IMG/VR virus record: IMGVR_UViG_3300045988_141143
Source of the DNA: a virus
Reading direction: 5' to 3' (one strand)
Length of the DNA: 64,000 nt
Within the stretch, counting starts at the first letter, position 1. Every line of letters starts with the position of its first letter. The notes beneath the pieces were generated by a model, which saw only the letters and a program-made list of their open reading frames with translations, had not been told where the DNA came from and ran no database searches. Below, piece by piece: positions 15,369 to 25,024 of this stretch. Both the position numbers and the translations under genes were made by a program.

Positions 15369-18182
15369 TTACAAAGCATAGACGGTCAGTTCCACCTCTC
15401 CAATGCCTTCCTTAGCCGTGATAGTTGTATTCACCTTGTCGATAAGACATTTCACACCTCCGATGTTCCACCACGTCTTCCAATGGTTAGGTATGTCGGC
15501 TATCTGTGCGACAGAAGCCGAACAGCGGATGATGTACTTCTTGCGGTTAAGCAGAAAATAGGCGTAGGGCAAAATGAAGGTATCAAAAAGACCGCGTGAG
15601 CGTATCTTGGTTATCACGTTGCCTTTGGCATCCACCTCGTCGGGGTCGCAGAGAGAAACATCCTTGTATTCCGGCTTACTGAGCCATGACGGCTCTTTGA
15701 AAGCGCGTATCTTGAGCGAGAAGCGTTCACCTTTGCCTCTGCCTTCCTGCACACCATTGTAGTCGAATACATTGCCCATCATGTCAAGAGAGTCGCAAGC
15801 AAGAGCATACTCGCCTGCTGCCGTGCGCCACTTGGAAGTACCGAAGTGGTCATAGTTATAGTCATAGGGCTCTGTGGTTGCATTCGTACCGCCGCCTCGC
15901 ATCATGGCCAAGGCAAATCCCCATCGTGAATCGTCTTGAAGAGGCGAGTTGCCGTCTTCGGTGTTTGACGGGTCGTAACTCTCGACGAGTTTCAATGACT
16001 GCTGCATATAGAAGTCGCAGAAAGGCGAGGAGATGGTCTGGTTGATGATTTGCTCGACAAACTCATGTTCCATTTCCTCGTCGACATAGGCGCAGAGGAT
16101 GGGCTGTCCTTCCTTGATAACGACACCATAGGTTGTTGTCTTTGAATCATCATAGTACTTTGCCGTATGAGAGCCGTAAGCAGCCTCTATCTCCTTGAAA
16201 TAGTTGACATCGTTGAACGGCACGGGAGTGAAGTCGATGGTGATGTCGTGGATGAAGTCTTCATTCTCCTCGCTGCAATCACCATACTCCACACCCTTGT
16301 ACTGGCCTACCTCGAAAAGTACAGGTTTGAGGTCGGCTGTAGTAGTGGCGTCGCCATTCACCTTCACGCGATAGGCATTGCCCGTCTTGCGGTCGATGTA
16401 GCATCTTTTATCTCCAGAACTTAAATTATGAAAGAAGTCAACGTAATCTCGATCGTAAACCGTTTCGTTGTCTCCACTTCCCGGTTCGGGATAGTCGATA
16501 TAGTCGTAATCGGTGGCATAGCCCATATTTTTATTCTTGCGGCTGTCCTTGACGTTCTGCTGCTGATCCTTGGCATCGCTCTCTTCGGAGTATCGCATAC
16601 GTACACCCGTTATCTTCTCGCTGACGGGAATGATAGAATGAATGTCTGCGCGGAACGTGCGTGCTGGCTGTCCACTCTCGCGAAGCACGTCACGGATGAG
16701 GTAGGCCGTGACTTTCTTTTGCTCATAGTCGTAGGAGAACTTGATGCCGAAGGCGCTTTCCAAGGATGAGATAATCGTGCTGACACTCTCATCGGGGAAG
16801 TTGTCGCTGTTGGCCACCATATAGAGCACGTTGGCCTGCACGTTGAACTTAGAGATTTGCGCCTCGATGCTGATACCAGTCACCTTGCCGCCCTCTTTTG
16901 TCGTCTCTCCCACCTGTATGTGTTCGGAAGTCCCTTCGTTAGTGGTGAGGGTGAGCTCGTTGACCGTCTTGTCCTCTGCCTTTACGATGTTGATTTTTCC
17001 ACCACAACCGCGCGACTCCAACCAGGAGTTGATATGATCTTGCTTCTTGAAATATCCTTCCTTAATCTCGCCTTCCTTCTTTTTCTTGGCGATGACTTCG
17101 GGGTCGTCCTTCTTGTAGTATGTTCCGTGATGTGGATGCTCTTTGGTATCGTAGGCGCAAACGGTGGTGAAGAAACAGAGGTGCTTCATATCCTCTATCT
17201 GCATCAGTGCCGACTTGTCGAAGGTGACACCCAAGTGAGCAAACAGGCAGTCGAGAAAATAGAGTACATAGAAACAAATGCCCGACTGCGGACGGCGTGC
17301 GTCCAACACCCAATAGGGATAAAGATCTTCGTTAGTCCACTTGCAATCCTTTGTGCTGATAATGTCGCTCGATGTGGTGCCATCGTCTGCCAGTCCGTGG
17401 TGCTTGTAGCAGATACGGGCATTGCAATAGGCTGCGGGACGGCCTGCGCCATCAGTCTCGCCATAGGCTGCCGATGTGTTGATATAGTCGCCATTCTTGG
17501 CGATGGCGGGCTCGTTGACTGAATTTCCGTTGGGGTAGGATCGTGACGACTTTCTCTTGGCATCGGCCTTCATGTGTAAAGGATAAAGGATATTGGTGGT
17601 GTACTCCTGGCACGATGCAGGATAGGAGAAGCCAAGAGCCTGCGGTTCGAGCACTTTACTTACACTTACGTGCTCAGCATGAATGGTTCGGGTGACAGTC
17701 TCGTCATCCTTATGCTTTCCTCCCTCCACAAATACACTGACATTTACAACAGGGTCGCTCTCGATGTCTACCATTACATTGCCTATCTTCTCGCCGATGA
17801 TCAGTTCATCCTTGATGGGGATGTCACGACAGTTGAGCGATCCGATGAGGTCGCTGAAACTCTGTCTGCCTGCATTAATACTCATAGAGAGCGAGTCTTT
17901 TATCTCTTCAGCATCCTGCATGACGAGCGTACCGTTGCGGAAGGGCAGTCCGTCGGCATGAATGCGCGTAGGCAAATGCTCCATGTTGACAGCACGAAAC
18001 GATGCCCGCACGTCATCGATGTTCTTTACCAGCCATCGGTTGCCGTCGAGCGGAATGGAAAACGGATAGGCGAACATCTCGTTATCATTGAACACAGGGT
18101 TTTGGTCCTCTATGTCGATAGAGAAATCATCGGGCAGCGACACAGGGCGGTCGTTGATAAGTATGGTGAGATGTGAGTTCAT
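15369..18182 (-). CDS. Large baseplate/tail structural protein (937 aa)
   Basis: Largest non-tape-measure protein in the tail block. ATGA overlap with the upstream ORF at 18179-18182. No motif recognised. Confidence 0.45.
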   Translation of the reverse strand: MNSHLTILINDRPVSLPDDFSIDIEDQNPVFNDNEMFAYPFSIPLDGNRWLVKNIDDVRASFRAVNMEHLPTRIHADGLPFRNGTLVMQDAEEIKDSLSMSINAGRQSFSDLIGSLNCRDIPIKDELIIGEKIGNVMVDIESDPVVNVSVFVEGGKHKDDETVTRTIHAEHVSVSKVLEPQALGFSYPASCQEYTTNILYPLHMKADAKRKSSRSYPNGNSVNEPAIAKNGDYINTSAAYGETDGAGRPAAYCNARICYKHHGLADDGTTSSDIISTKDCKWTNEDLYPYWVLDARRPQSGICFYVLYFLDCLFAHLGVTFDKSALMQIEDMKHLCFFTTVCAYDTKEHPHHGTYYKKDDPEVIAKKKKEGEIKEGYFKKQDHINSWLESRGCGGKINIVKAEDKTVNELTLTTNEGTSEHIQVGETTKEGGKVTGISIEAQISKFNVQANVLYMVANSDNFPDESVSTIISSLESAFGIKFSYDYEQKKVTAYLIRDVLRESGQPARTFRADIHSIIPVSEKITGVRMRYSEESDAKDQQQNVKDSRKNKNMGYATDYDYIDYPEPGSGDNETVYDRDYVDFFHNLSSGDKRCYIDRKTGNAYRVKVNGDATTTADLKPVLFEVGQYKGVEYGDCSEENEDFIHDITIDFTPVPFNDVNYFKEIEAAYGSHTAKYYDDSKTTTYGVVIKEGQPILCAYVDEEMEHEFVEQIINQTISSPFCDFYMQQSLKLVESYDPSNTEDGNSPLQDDSRWGFALAMMRGGGTNATTEPYDYNYDHFGTSKWRTAAGEYALACDSLDMMGNVFDYNGVQEGRGKGERFSLKIRAFKEPSWLSKPEYKDVSLCDPDEVDAKGNVITKIRSRGLFDTFILPYAYFLLNRKKYIIRCSASVAQIADIPNHWKTWWNIGGVKCLIDKVNTTITAKEGIGEVELTVYAL

Positions 18183-18847
18183 TGTTTCTTGATATTTACT
18201 TGAGCGTTGTCGTATATAGAGATAAACTGACGGGTGAAGGAGTTGACGACGGCATTACCGAAAGCGTAGACAGCTCTGTGGCCATGGTCGGTGAGTGTGC
18301 CTGCCGTGATGTTGACCACCGACATGTCATAACACTCGGCAGAGGCATTGGTGGTCAGTCGGGACTGGTTGCGTGCCACGGCGTGACCTTCCTTGACGGT
18401 GGCCCGTGAGAAGTCGCGCAACTCTACATGGCAGTCGGGATTCATAACCAGGGCAGAGGCGATGTTGTGCAGCACGACACGGGCGTTGCCCAGGATATAG
18501 GCCGTGTGGGCATGATAGAGGTGGATGGTCTCTGTGCTGTCGCCGATGAGCACATTGCCCGTAGGCGAGTCCTCGTTGTAGAAGATGCCGGCAGCATTTA
18601 TCTCACTCTTATAGTCAGGATAGAAGTCCCGAAAAGCTGCCATGACCTGCTGTGGCACCTCGGTTATCATGCCGTGCCAATACTTGTGCCAGGCCGCGCA
18701 CATCTGCTGTATGCTCTCCGTGCCACGGAAGGCGAGTTGCGACTCCTGGCAGTTGCCGCTCTGGGCAAGAATGGCGATACACAATGCCTTAAACTTTTCG
18801 GACTTCTCCATATTCTGACTCTTCTCTATTATCGAATTTCCAGTCAT
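18179..18847 (-). CDS. Hypothetical structural protein (222 aa), C-terminal beta-helix-like repeats
   Basis: ORF translationally coupled to the 937-aa gene. Repetitive hydrophobic/polar alternation in its C-terminal half. Confidence 0.4.
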   Translation of the reverse strand: MTGNSIIEKSQNMEKSEKFKALCIAILAQSGNCQESQLAFRGTESIQQMCAAWHKYWHGMITEVPQQVMAAFRDFYPDYKSEINAAGIFYNEDSPTGNVLIGDSTETIHLYHAHTAYILGNARVVLHNIASALVMNPDCHVELRDFSRATVKEGHAVARNQSRLTTNASAECYDMSVVNITAGTLTDHGHRAVYAFGNAVVNSFTRQFISIYDNAQVNIKKQ

Positions 18848-18884
18848 TTCTGACTAAAATAAGCACTAAACACAAAACGACATC

Positions 18885-19961
18885 TTAGACTCCCGCTTCG
18901 GCGATGGTCTTTGTAAGGATGGCCTCGTAGCCAGTGAGTTCGTCTTCGGTTACGATGTCGGCATACTCCTGGCGCAAACGGTCGATACGCTCCTTCAGTC
19001 CCTTAACCCTTGCCTTGGTACTTGGCTTGTCCTTGCGGATAATATACTTGATGATGGCATCAGCTTCGGCCTTGTGCTTGGCTGCCTTGTCGCGTGCGGC
19101 TTTCACCTCGGGGCGGTCGGCTGCGATTTTCTCTGCTATGCTGACAGCAAAGCGAGGATCACGCTCTTGGGCTTTCTCATAGAAGGGCTTGAGCTGAGTA
19201 CGCAGTTCCTGTGGCGACAAACTGAAAGTCTTTTCCACATAAGAGATAAATTCAGGATCGCCGTTGCGCTGATTCAATCGGAGATAGACTTCACCCATTT
19301 CACGGTCCACTGCCATGTAGATGTCGGGCAGGATGTGGCTCTCTATCTCTGTCGCACGGGTGGCGAGCAGCGCTATCTCGGCTTCAGTGTAGAGGATGCC
19401 CTTGTTCTGCTGTTGCGATTTCTCGTTGGCTTCTGCCATTGTCTTGGCTTGCTCGGCCTTGCTCGCCATTTCGTTGCGGAGGTCGCGCACGGTATTGACG
19501 CGCTGTTGAAGGGCGGGACTGAGGAAGGGACGTATCTGTGCGAGGTTGGGCATGGTGGCGGCGATGCTCTCGCCGTTGGGGTTGGCCACGATGCCGCCAT
19601 AGGTGAGTAGCTGTACGGCTACGTTGGGCTTCACCTCGGGGAAGAGCGACTGGCGGGCTTCGTCGAGGGCTTTCTGCTTCTGCTGTTCGTTGTATCGTGC
19701 CTGTTCCTCCTTGGTGGGTCTGCCCACGTGGCGCTTGGCTTCGGCAGCCTCGGGGATGGGGATAATCTGCAGGCTGGTGATCAACTGACGCACACGGCGG
19801 TGGTAGTCGCGAAAACGATGCGAGTCGCGCACGAAAGCCTGTGCGCTGGGCACGCTTTCGAGCAGTGTCAGTCCCTGCTCGAAGGCTTCTTTCTGTTCGG
19901 CAGTCAGCATTCGGGTGTTGAGTGCCGGCGTGAGTATCTGAATGATTTGCTCTTTGTTCAT
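18885..19961 (-). CDS. Hypothetical protein (358 aa), helical/charged
   Basis: Long ORF with an ATG start, in the structural block. Confidence 0.45.
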   Translation of the reverse strand: MNKEQIIQILTPALNTRMLTAEQKEAFEQGLTLLESVPSAQAFVRDSHRFRDYHRRVRQLITSLQIIPIPEAAEAKRHVGRPTKEEQARYNEQQKQKALDEARQSLFPEVKPNVAVQLLTYGGIVANPNGESIAATMPNLAQIRPFLSPALQQRVNTVRDLRNEMASKAEQAKTMAEANEKSQQQNKGILYTEAEIALLATRATEIESHILPDIYMAVDREMGEVYLRLNQRNGDPEFISYVEKTFSLSPQELRTQLKPFYEKAQERDPRFAVSIAEKIAADRPEVKAARDKAAKHKAEADAIIKYIIRKDKPSTKARVKGLKERIDRLRQEYADIVTEDELTGYEAILTKTIAEAGV

Positions 19962-19991
19962 ATTGTTGTGTCTTTTATTGTTGTCGGGGTT

Positions 19992-21101
19992 TTAGAACAT
20001 GAGTGGTGTGACGAATATCTTGCCGCCCTCCTGGTTATTCTCGTAGCTGCCGGATTTGTCTGCAGCGGATGATGAGGAAGCGGAGGACGTGGTGGAAGTG
20101 GAGGAGGAAGCGTTGCCTGCGGCGGCTTCCTGAGCCTGCTTCTCGTCCTTGAGGAGGCGATAGACGGAATCGCGGAGCGAGATGGACTCGTTGTGCGCCA
20201 GCAGACGGGTAGCCTTGTCGAAGGCGATGACGGTGGTTCGCTCCACGAGGTAGGCGGTCATCAGTCGGCGCACCTTGCGGAGGAGTTTGTCGCGGTCGTC
20301 AGCGTGCTGAAGACGGTCGATGAGCTCGTCGCCGAATACGTCGGCTATGTATTCGTCCTGCACGTAGCGGAGGTCGGGCAGCAAACGGATGAACTTGTCG
20401 CGGTTGTCGTAAATGTCGAGGTACTGCTGAAGGATGCTGCACGTAGGGATGAGGAGGTCGTGGTGCAGGTAGTAGTACTTACTCTCCTGCCACAACAGCA
20501 CTATTTCCTCGATAGCTGCGAGGCGCTCGGTACTTTCGTCCTGTGGTATGTCGGATTTTCCGTCGTCAGGTACTTCTGTACTTTCGCCCTTTGGTACTTC
20601 GGTACTTGCGCTGCCGTCTTTCGGGGCGGCTGTTTCGGCTGGCGTGTTGATGCTGACTGCCCAGTTTTCGAGAAGTATGAGGAGGTTGTTGAGTGACACC
20701 ATGGCCTCCTTTTTATATCCCGCAACTCCCTTGTCGAGGAGTTTCTCTGTAGCGGGGTCGTAGTCGGTAGAGGAGGCGATGTTGACGCCTGCGCCGTTAA
20801 CCGAAAGGATTTGCTGGTAGGCGTATCGCGCCATGGCATCGTTGACCACCATACGCTGTGCGAGGACGAGGAGGACGCTCCATGGCTTCATGACATAGGT
20901 GCCGTCGGTCATCTGCTGATAGAAGCCGTCGCCGCCCAGGGTGGTATAGTATTCGCAAAGCCGTGTGTAGAGCGGCTTGCCCAATTTGTCCTGCAGGAAG
21001 TCCTTCTCGCTGTTGTCGAGCACGCCCTGCAGGTTGGCTATCTCGTCCACGGCATTGCTGGGCAGGATAAGCCGAAGTTCTTGATTGGTGGAAAGTATCA
21101 T
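19992..21101 (-). CDS. Hypothetical structural protein (369 aa) with Ser/Thr-rich C-terminal tract
   Basis: Long ORF directly downstream of the portal candidate. Confidence 0.45.
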   Translation of the reverse strand: MILSTNQELRLILPSNAVDEIANLQGVLDNSEKDFLQDKLGKPLYTRLCEYYTTLGGDGFYQQMTDGTYVMKPWSVLLVLAQRMVVNDAMARYAYQQILSVNGAGVNIASSTDYDPATEKLLDKGVAGYKKEAMVSLNNLLILLENWAVSINTPAETAAPKDGSASTEVPKGESTEVPDDGKSDIPQDESTERLAAIEEIVLLWQESKYYYLHHDLLIPTCSILQQYLDIYDNRDKFIRLLPDLRYVQDEYIADVFGDELIDRLQHADDRDKLLRKVRRLMTAYLVERTTVIAFDKATRLLAHNESISLRDSVYRLLKDEKQAQEAAAGNASSSTSTTSSASSSSAADKSGSYENNQEGGKIFVTPLMF

Positions 21102-21173
21102 GATGTGTTGTGCTGTTATGTGCTGAGTGAAAAAAATGTTGTTGTCGGGACGGAAGTCAGGGAGGGGGGAGGG

Positions 21174-22967
21174 TTACTCCTGTTCCTGCTTCTTGACGCC
21201 TGTCTTCGAGTTGTCGAGGGTGGTGAGCACCTCACGGTCTATCTGCCATTCGAGGTGTGTGTCCCATTCATTGACATCGTCGATTACCTCCAAGGCGCGG
21301 AGCATGAGCTGCTGCAATGGGGCAAACTGTATCTGCTTGACGAGGAAACGCTCACGGAGGTCGGTGCCGCCCGATGAGGTTGCGTCGCCAGGGGTGTTGC
21401 CGATGAGCTTGGAGTCGAGACCCATGGCGAAGAAGATGATGCTCGTAATCTCCTGCAGCTCGGTCTTCTCGGCTTGCGCTTGCGAGTTGGCCTTGCTCTC
21501 TATCTCCACAATCTCCCATGCCTTGTGCTCCTTGCCGTCGGCGCCGGTGAACACGGCAGAGATGAGCGCCTGACCTGCATTGTCGGGATTGGAGAGCCAC
21601 GTGTTGATGTCGCTGAACACTTCCTGCTGAAGCTGCGCCATGGTCTTGGTCTTCTTGTCGCCCTGCTGGGTGTAGAGGTTCTTGAGATATTCCTGGTGAA
21701 TGTAGATGACGCGACCGATGATGTTGGAGTTGCGCTTACGGGTGAGTCGGTCGTCGACAATGGTGAAGGCATACTCGTAGATGCTTCCGGCAAAGATGGA
21801 ATGCCAGAGGGCATCGGCATAGTAGGGACCGCCATAGTCGCGTGGCGACATGATGAAGCGGGTGGGGCGGTCCTTGCGGCTTACCCGCTGCTGACGGGCA
21901 CGGCGCACGGCTGCCTGGAGGTCTTTCACTGCCGACACGGTGGGAAGATAGGGCACGGCGGCGATGCTCTTGTCGAGGTCGGCGAACTGGGCGGTGCGGT
22001 CTTGCGTGGGGTCGAGCCACTGGTTCGACACGTAGGCATAATTGATGCGATAGTTGGTGTCCTGTCGCTCCAGTCGGGTGGTGAAGATGCTGCGGTGTTT
22101 CAGTCCTACGACCTTGGGGGTCCACTGGCTGGTGGGTACCGGCTTGCCATCGTCGGAGAGTTGCCGCTGGTTGAGTTGCAGCTCGACGAAGCACTGCGAC
22201 ATGAGCGACATGTCGCCCGCCATGTTGAGGAAGGTCTGCATCAGGTCGTTGTCCTTCATGAATTTCTGCACCTCGCGGTTGGTCTGTTCCCACTTGGCGA
22301 GGGCATCCTTCAGTGCTTTCATCTCATCGCTGTCCTTTGGCTGGCCTTCGGTCTGCTGACTGACGGAATGCAGAGGGTCGTCGGGGTCGCCGCTGACGCC
22401 GTTCTGTTGTTGTGCCTGACGTTCTGCTGCCTCCTGTGCCTTGAGGTCGGCTATCTGTCCGCGGAGCAGTGTGCCAGCCGATGCGTAGGGGATGTATTTC
22501 TCGGTGATGTTGCCGCCTACGTACTGGGTGTAGTGGTATTTGGGCGAGGGTCCGTGGCCTACGAGTATCTTCTTGATGAAGTCGACGCCGGCAGCGGTGA
22601 AGGGCGACATCCGTGAGAGAATCCAGACGAGGTTGGGCAGTCGGTTGCCCACGCCCCATTCCATGTAGCCCAGTCCGGGTGTTCCCACGCCGTTGGGCTT
22701 GGCCTTGTTCTCGCCGCCGCTGGAGGCGAAGATGGTGGAAATCTGTCGTCGTGCTCCCGATGAGGTAGTCGAGCTGCCCTGCGCTGTCATGCCGGCTGTC
22801 TCGAAGAGCATGGAGCGGACGTAATCGTTCCATGAGAAGACTTGTGCGCCGCTGTTGGGATTGATGAAAGCAGAGGGCGACACGGCCACATATCCATCGC
22901 GCTTCAGCTCCTCACTACGATCTTGGAACTGCTGTAAGTTGGTAACTCTGTTCTTGTTGCGTGACAT
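21174..22967 (-). CDS. Portal protein candidate (597 aa)
   Basis: Size, own promoter, and a C-terminal region (GNTPGDATSSGGTDLRERFLVKQIQFAPLQQ) resembling portal stem/clip regions. Not verified by search. Confidence 0.5.
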   Translation of the reverse strand: MSRNKNRVTNLQQFQDRSEELKRDGYVAVSPSAFINPNSGAQVFSWNDYVRSMLFETAGMTAQGSSTTSSGARRQISTIFASSGGENKAKPNGVGTPGLGYMEWGVGNRLPNLVWILSRMSPFTAAGVDFIKKILVGHGPSPKYHYTQYVGGNITEKYIPYASAGTLLRGQIADLKAQEAAERQAQQQNGVSGDPDDPLHSVSQQTEGQPKDSDEMKALKDALAKWEQTNREVQKFMKDNDLMQTFLNMAGDMSLMSQCFVELQLNQRQLSDDGKPVPTSQWTPKVVGLKHRSIFTTRLERQDTNYRINYAYVSNQWLDPTQDRTAQFADLDKSIAAVPYLPTVSAVKDLQAAVRRARQQRVSRKDRPTRFIMSPRDYGGPYYADALWHSIFAGSIYEYAFTIVDDRLTRKRNSNIIGRVIYIHQEYLKNLYTQQGDKKTKTMAQLQQEVFSDINTWLSNPDNAGQALISAVFTGADGKEHKAWEIVEIESKANSQAQAEKTELQEITSIIFFAMGLDSKLIGNTPGDATSSGGTDLRERFLVKQIQFAPLQQLMLRALEVIDDVNEWDTHLEWQIDREVLTTLDNSKTGVKKQEQE

Positions 22968-23023
22968 ATTCTGTTATCCTGTTTTTAGGGGTTGATGTAT
23001 GTTGTTGTTGCTTTTTTCGACTA

Positions 23024-23031
23024 CAAATGTA
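23024..23031 (-). promoter_or_regulatory. Candidate -7 promoter box TACATTTG upstream of the portal candidate
   Basis: TAnnTTTG match. It lies in a 23-nt block identical to the one upstream of the HU-like gene. Confidence 0.5.
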
Positions 23032-23326
23032 CTAAGAATTGTCTTAGTGGTACGGACATGAGTCAGAACTGCGAGAGCTGCACGGTGCGGTTGCCTCATT
23101 CGGCGCACCGCGTATGAGCGAAAAAACTGCGGTCCCGTCGGTTCTCCCTTCCCTTTTCCGTCCACTTCATAGAATTGGAAAGTTCGAGAGTGTTGGTAGT
23201 CTTCGGGAATGAAGCCGTGCGAGCCGCAGTTAATCTAACAATATGTTTCACGTTTTTGCATTATGGCCTATATTATGTTGTTGTCGGGGTGTTGTGTTGC
23301 GTCCGCCTACATATCGTAGTCGTACA

Positions 23327-24145
23327 TTATCGTTTGATATTCCACATGTGCTCTGCCGGACCAACGAGCACGTCGATGTTTGCGCCCTGCTTCAGGGCCA
23401 CCGTCTCCACCCATTTAAGTTGAATAAACTGCTGTGGGTTAAGATTCATCTCGTTCATATACGCCTTGTCTGCCACAGCCTTTTGGCGTTCAGCCTTCTC
23501 GCGTGCCAACTGCACCTCATATTCACGTTCCTGCGTCTGCTTGGCCTGTACCATCTTTGCCGTGCGGTTCATTTCGGCAAGCTGTTCCTTGTTTGGGGTT
23601 GCCTTGCCGATGATAACGTCCTTGATGATGACGGGCATCGGCTTGTGCTTTGAGAGGGCAGCCACGTAATCCTGCATCTGCTTCAGAATCTTCTTGTCGA
23701 TGGTGCTCAATACCTGTCGGTTAGACATCAAATCGAATGGACTGTACTGCGAGATATGGTCTCTGATAAGATTGCAGAAATAGTTGTAGAGGTTGGTGTC
23801 AAACCAGTCGCGTCCATAGTTCTGCAACAGTATGGGAGACTTGCCTTGCTCCACCTGAGTGACTATGACAGAATGGAAGTCGAGTGGCGTGTTATCGTCG
23901 GAGAAGATGTCGTCAAGAACAACCTCGTGGCGTACAGGCACAATCTTGAATGTTTCAGAATGAGTACTCAGGGCACACCATGTCAAGCCACTCTGAACTG
24001 GGTCGTTGTCAACACCTCCGTGTCCGAAGAACCATGGTTTCTTTACCAACACGGTTTCCTCGTCAGCATCGGGCGACACAAAACAGCACGAGGATAACAT
24101 CACTACTGCGATAAGCGCAAAAAGAATTGAAAATAATTTTTTCAT
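23327..24145 (-). CDS. SPFH/band-7-like lipoprotein
   Basis: ORF track 23327..24391; the ATG at 24145 gives MKKLFSILFALIAVVMLSSC (signal peptide plus lipobox). The core resembles the SPFH fold, followed by a coiled coil (QTQEREYEVQLAREKAERQKAVADKA). Confidence 0.5.
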   Translation of the reverse strand: MKKLFSILFALIAVVMLSSCCFVSPDADEETVLVKKPWFFGHGGVDNDPVQSGLTWCALSTHSETFKIVPVRHEVVLDDIFSDDNTPLDFHSVIVTQVEQGKSPILLQNYGRDWFDTNLYNYFCNLIRDHISQYSPFDLMSNRQVLSTIDKKILKQMQDYVAALSKHKPMPVIIKDVIIGKATPNKEQLAEMNRTAKMVQAKQTQEREYEVQLAREKAERQKAVADKAYMNEMNLNPQQFIQLKWVETVALKQGANIDVLVGPAEHMWNIKR

Positions 24146-24287
24146 AATTGTTTTTTGTTTATATTGATTCATTAAAATCCTTATATATGACAATCGTACA
24201 TTGTCAATAGAGTGTCTGTAGGTATTCCAGTTCTTTCCAATTCTTTCAAAACTGGAAAGAACGGGAATGGCTATACACCCGCTGCCT

Positions 24288-24839
24288 TTACGACTCAATC
24301 TCGGGAGGGTTGCCACCAGGTTTCTGCTCGCCGCCTCCAGTGGTGCCGGAATCGCCCGTGCCGGGAGTTGCTGGAGCATCCGTTGCAGCATCGCCCACTC
24401 GCTTGAACGAGCCGTGCTGTGCGAAGGCGGCGGTGAACTTCTTGGAGAAGTCGATGGCTACGCCTGCGGTGAGGTCCTTTGTGGTGAGGTCGGCGGCGGT
24501 AATCTCTCGGTTCACGTCAACGTCCTCGCCTGCTGCCTTACGTGCTTCGAGCTTCGCCTTGAGCTGGCTCTGAGTGAGCGAACCGCTGACGGTAGGACGT
24601 ACCGTCATGCCCTCGGCAGACACCTGTACCTTGGTGCCCAGTGCCAACAGAAGCGGCAGCTTTTTCTCCAACTGCGTCATCACGGCCATTACGTCCGCTG
24701 CGCCTACTGTAGAGTCCTGCGCCATGTAGTCGCAAAATTCAGGGAATGACATCTGCTGCAAGTCAACGATCTGTGCGCTTGCAACCTTTTCTTTCGTGAA
24801 ATTATTCACACGAACTGCAATTCTTGTTTTGATTGCCAT
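24288..24839 (-). CDS. HU-like (HU_HIG-type) DNA-binding protein with glycine-rich tail
   Basis: N-terminal region typical of Bacteroidota HU-family proteins (AADVMAVMTQLEKKLPLLLALGTKVQV). C-terminal GGGEQKPGGNPPEIES. Confidence 0.55.
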   Translation of the reverse strand: MAIKTRIAVRVNNFTKEKVASAQIVDLQQMSFPEFCDYMAQDSTVGAADVMAVMTQLEKKLPLLLALGTKVQVSAEGMTVRPTVSGSLTQSQLKAKLEARKAAGEDVDVNREITAADLTTKDLTAGVAIDFSKKFTAAFAQHGSFKRVGDAATDAPATPGTGDSGTTGGGEQKPGGNPPEIES

Positions 24840-24900
24840 AGGTTATTTTTTGTTTGGGCGTTAATACTTCCCTCTCTGTTTTTACCCGATTCCACAAAGA

Positions 24901-24957
24901 GGTTTTTTGCAATGTGCCGACACTTTTTATCGAATGTGCCGACACTTTTTGTCAAAT
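24901..24957 (+). repeat. Three AATGTGCCGACAC sites at exact 22-bp spacing (operator-like array)
   Basis: Copies start at 24901, 24923 and 24945. They lie between the promoter box (24985-24992) and the HU-like start codon (24839). Confidence 0.85.
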
Positions 24958-24984
24958 GTGCCGACACATTGCTTTTTTCGACTA

Positions 24985-24992
24985 CAAATGTA
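24985..24992 (-). promoter_or_regulatory. Candidate -7 promoter box TACATTTG upstream of the HU-like gene
   Basis: TAnnTTTG match inside the shared block TGCTTTTTTCGACTACAAATGTA. Confidence 0.5.
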
Positions 24993-25024
24993 GGGAGAAA
25001 ATTTTGAGCGGTGCGGACATAAAT

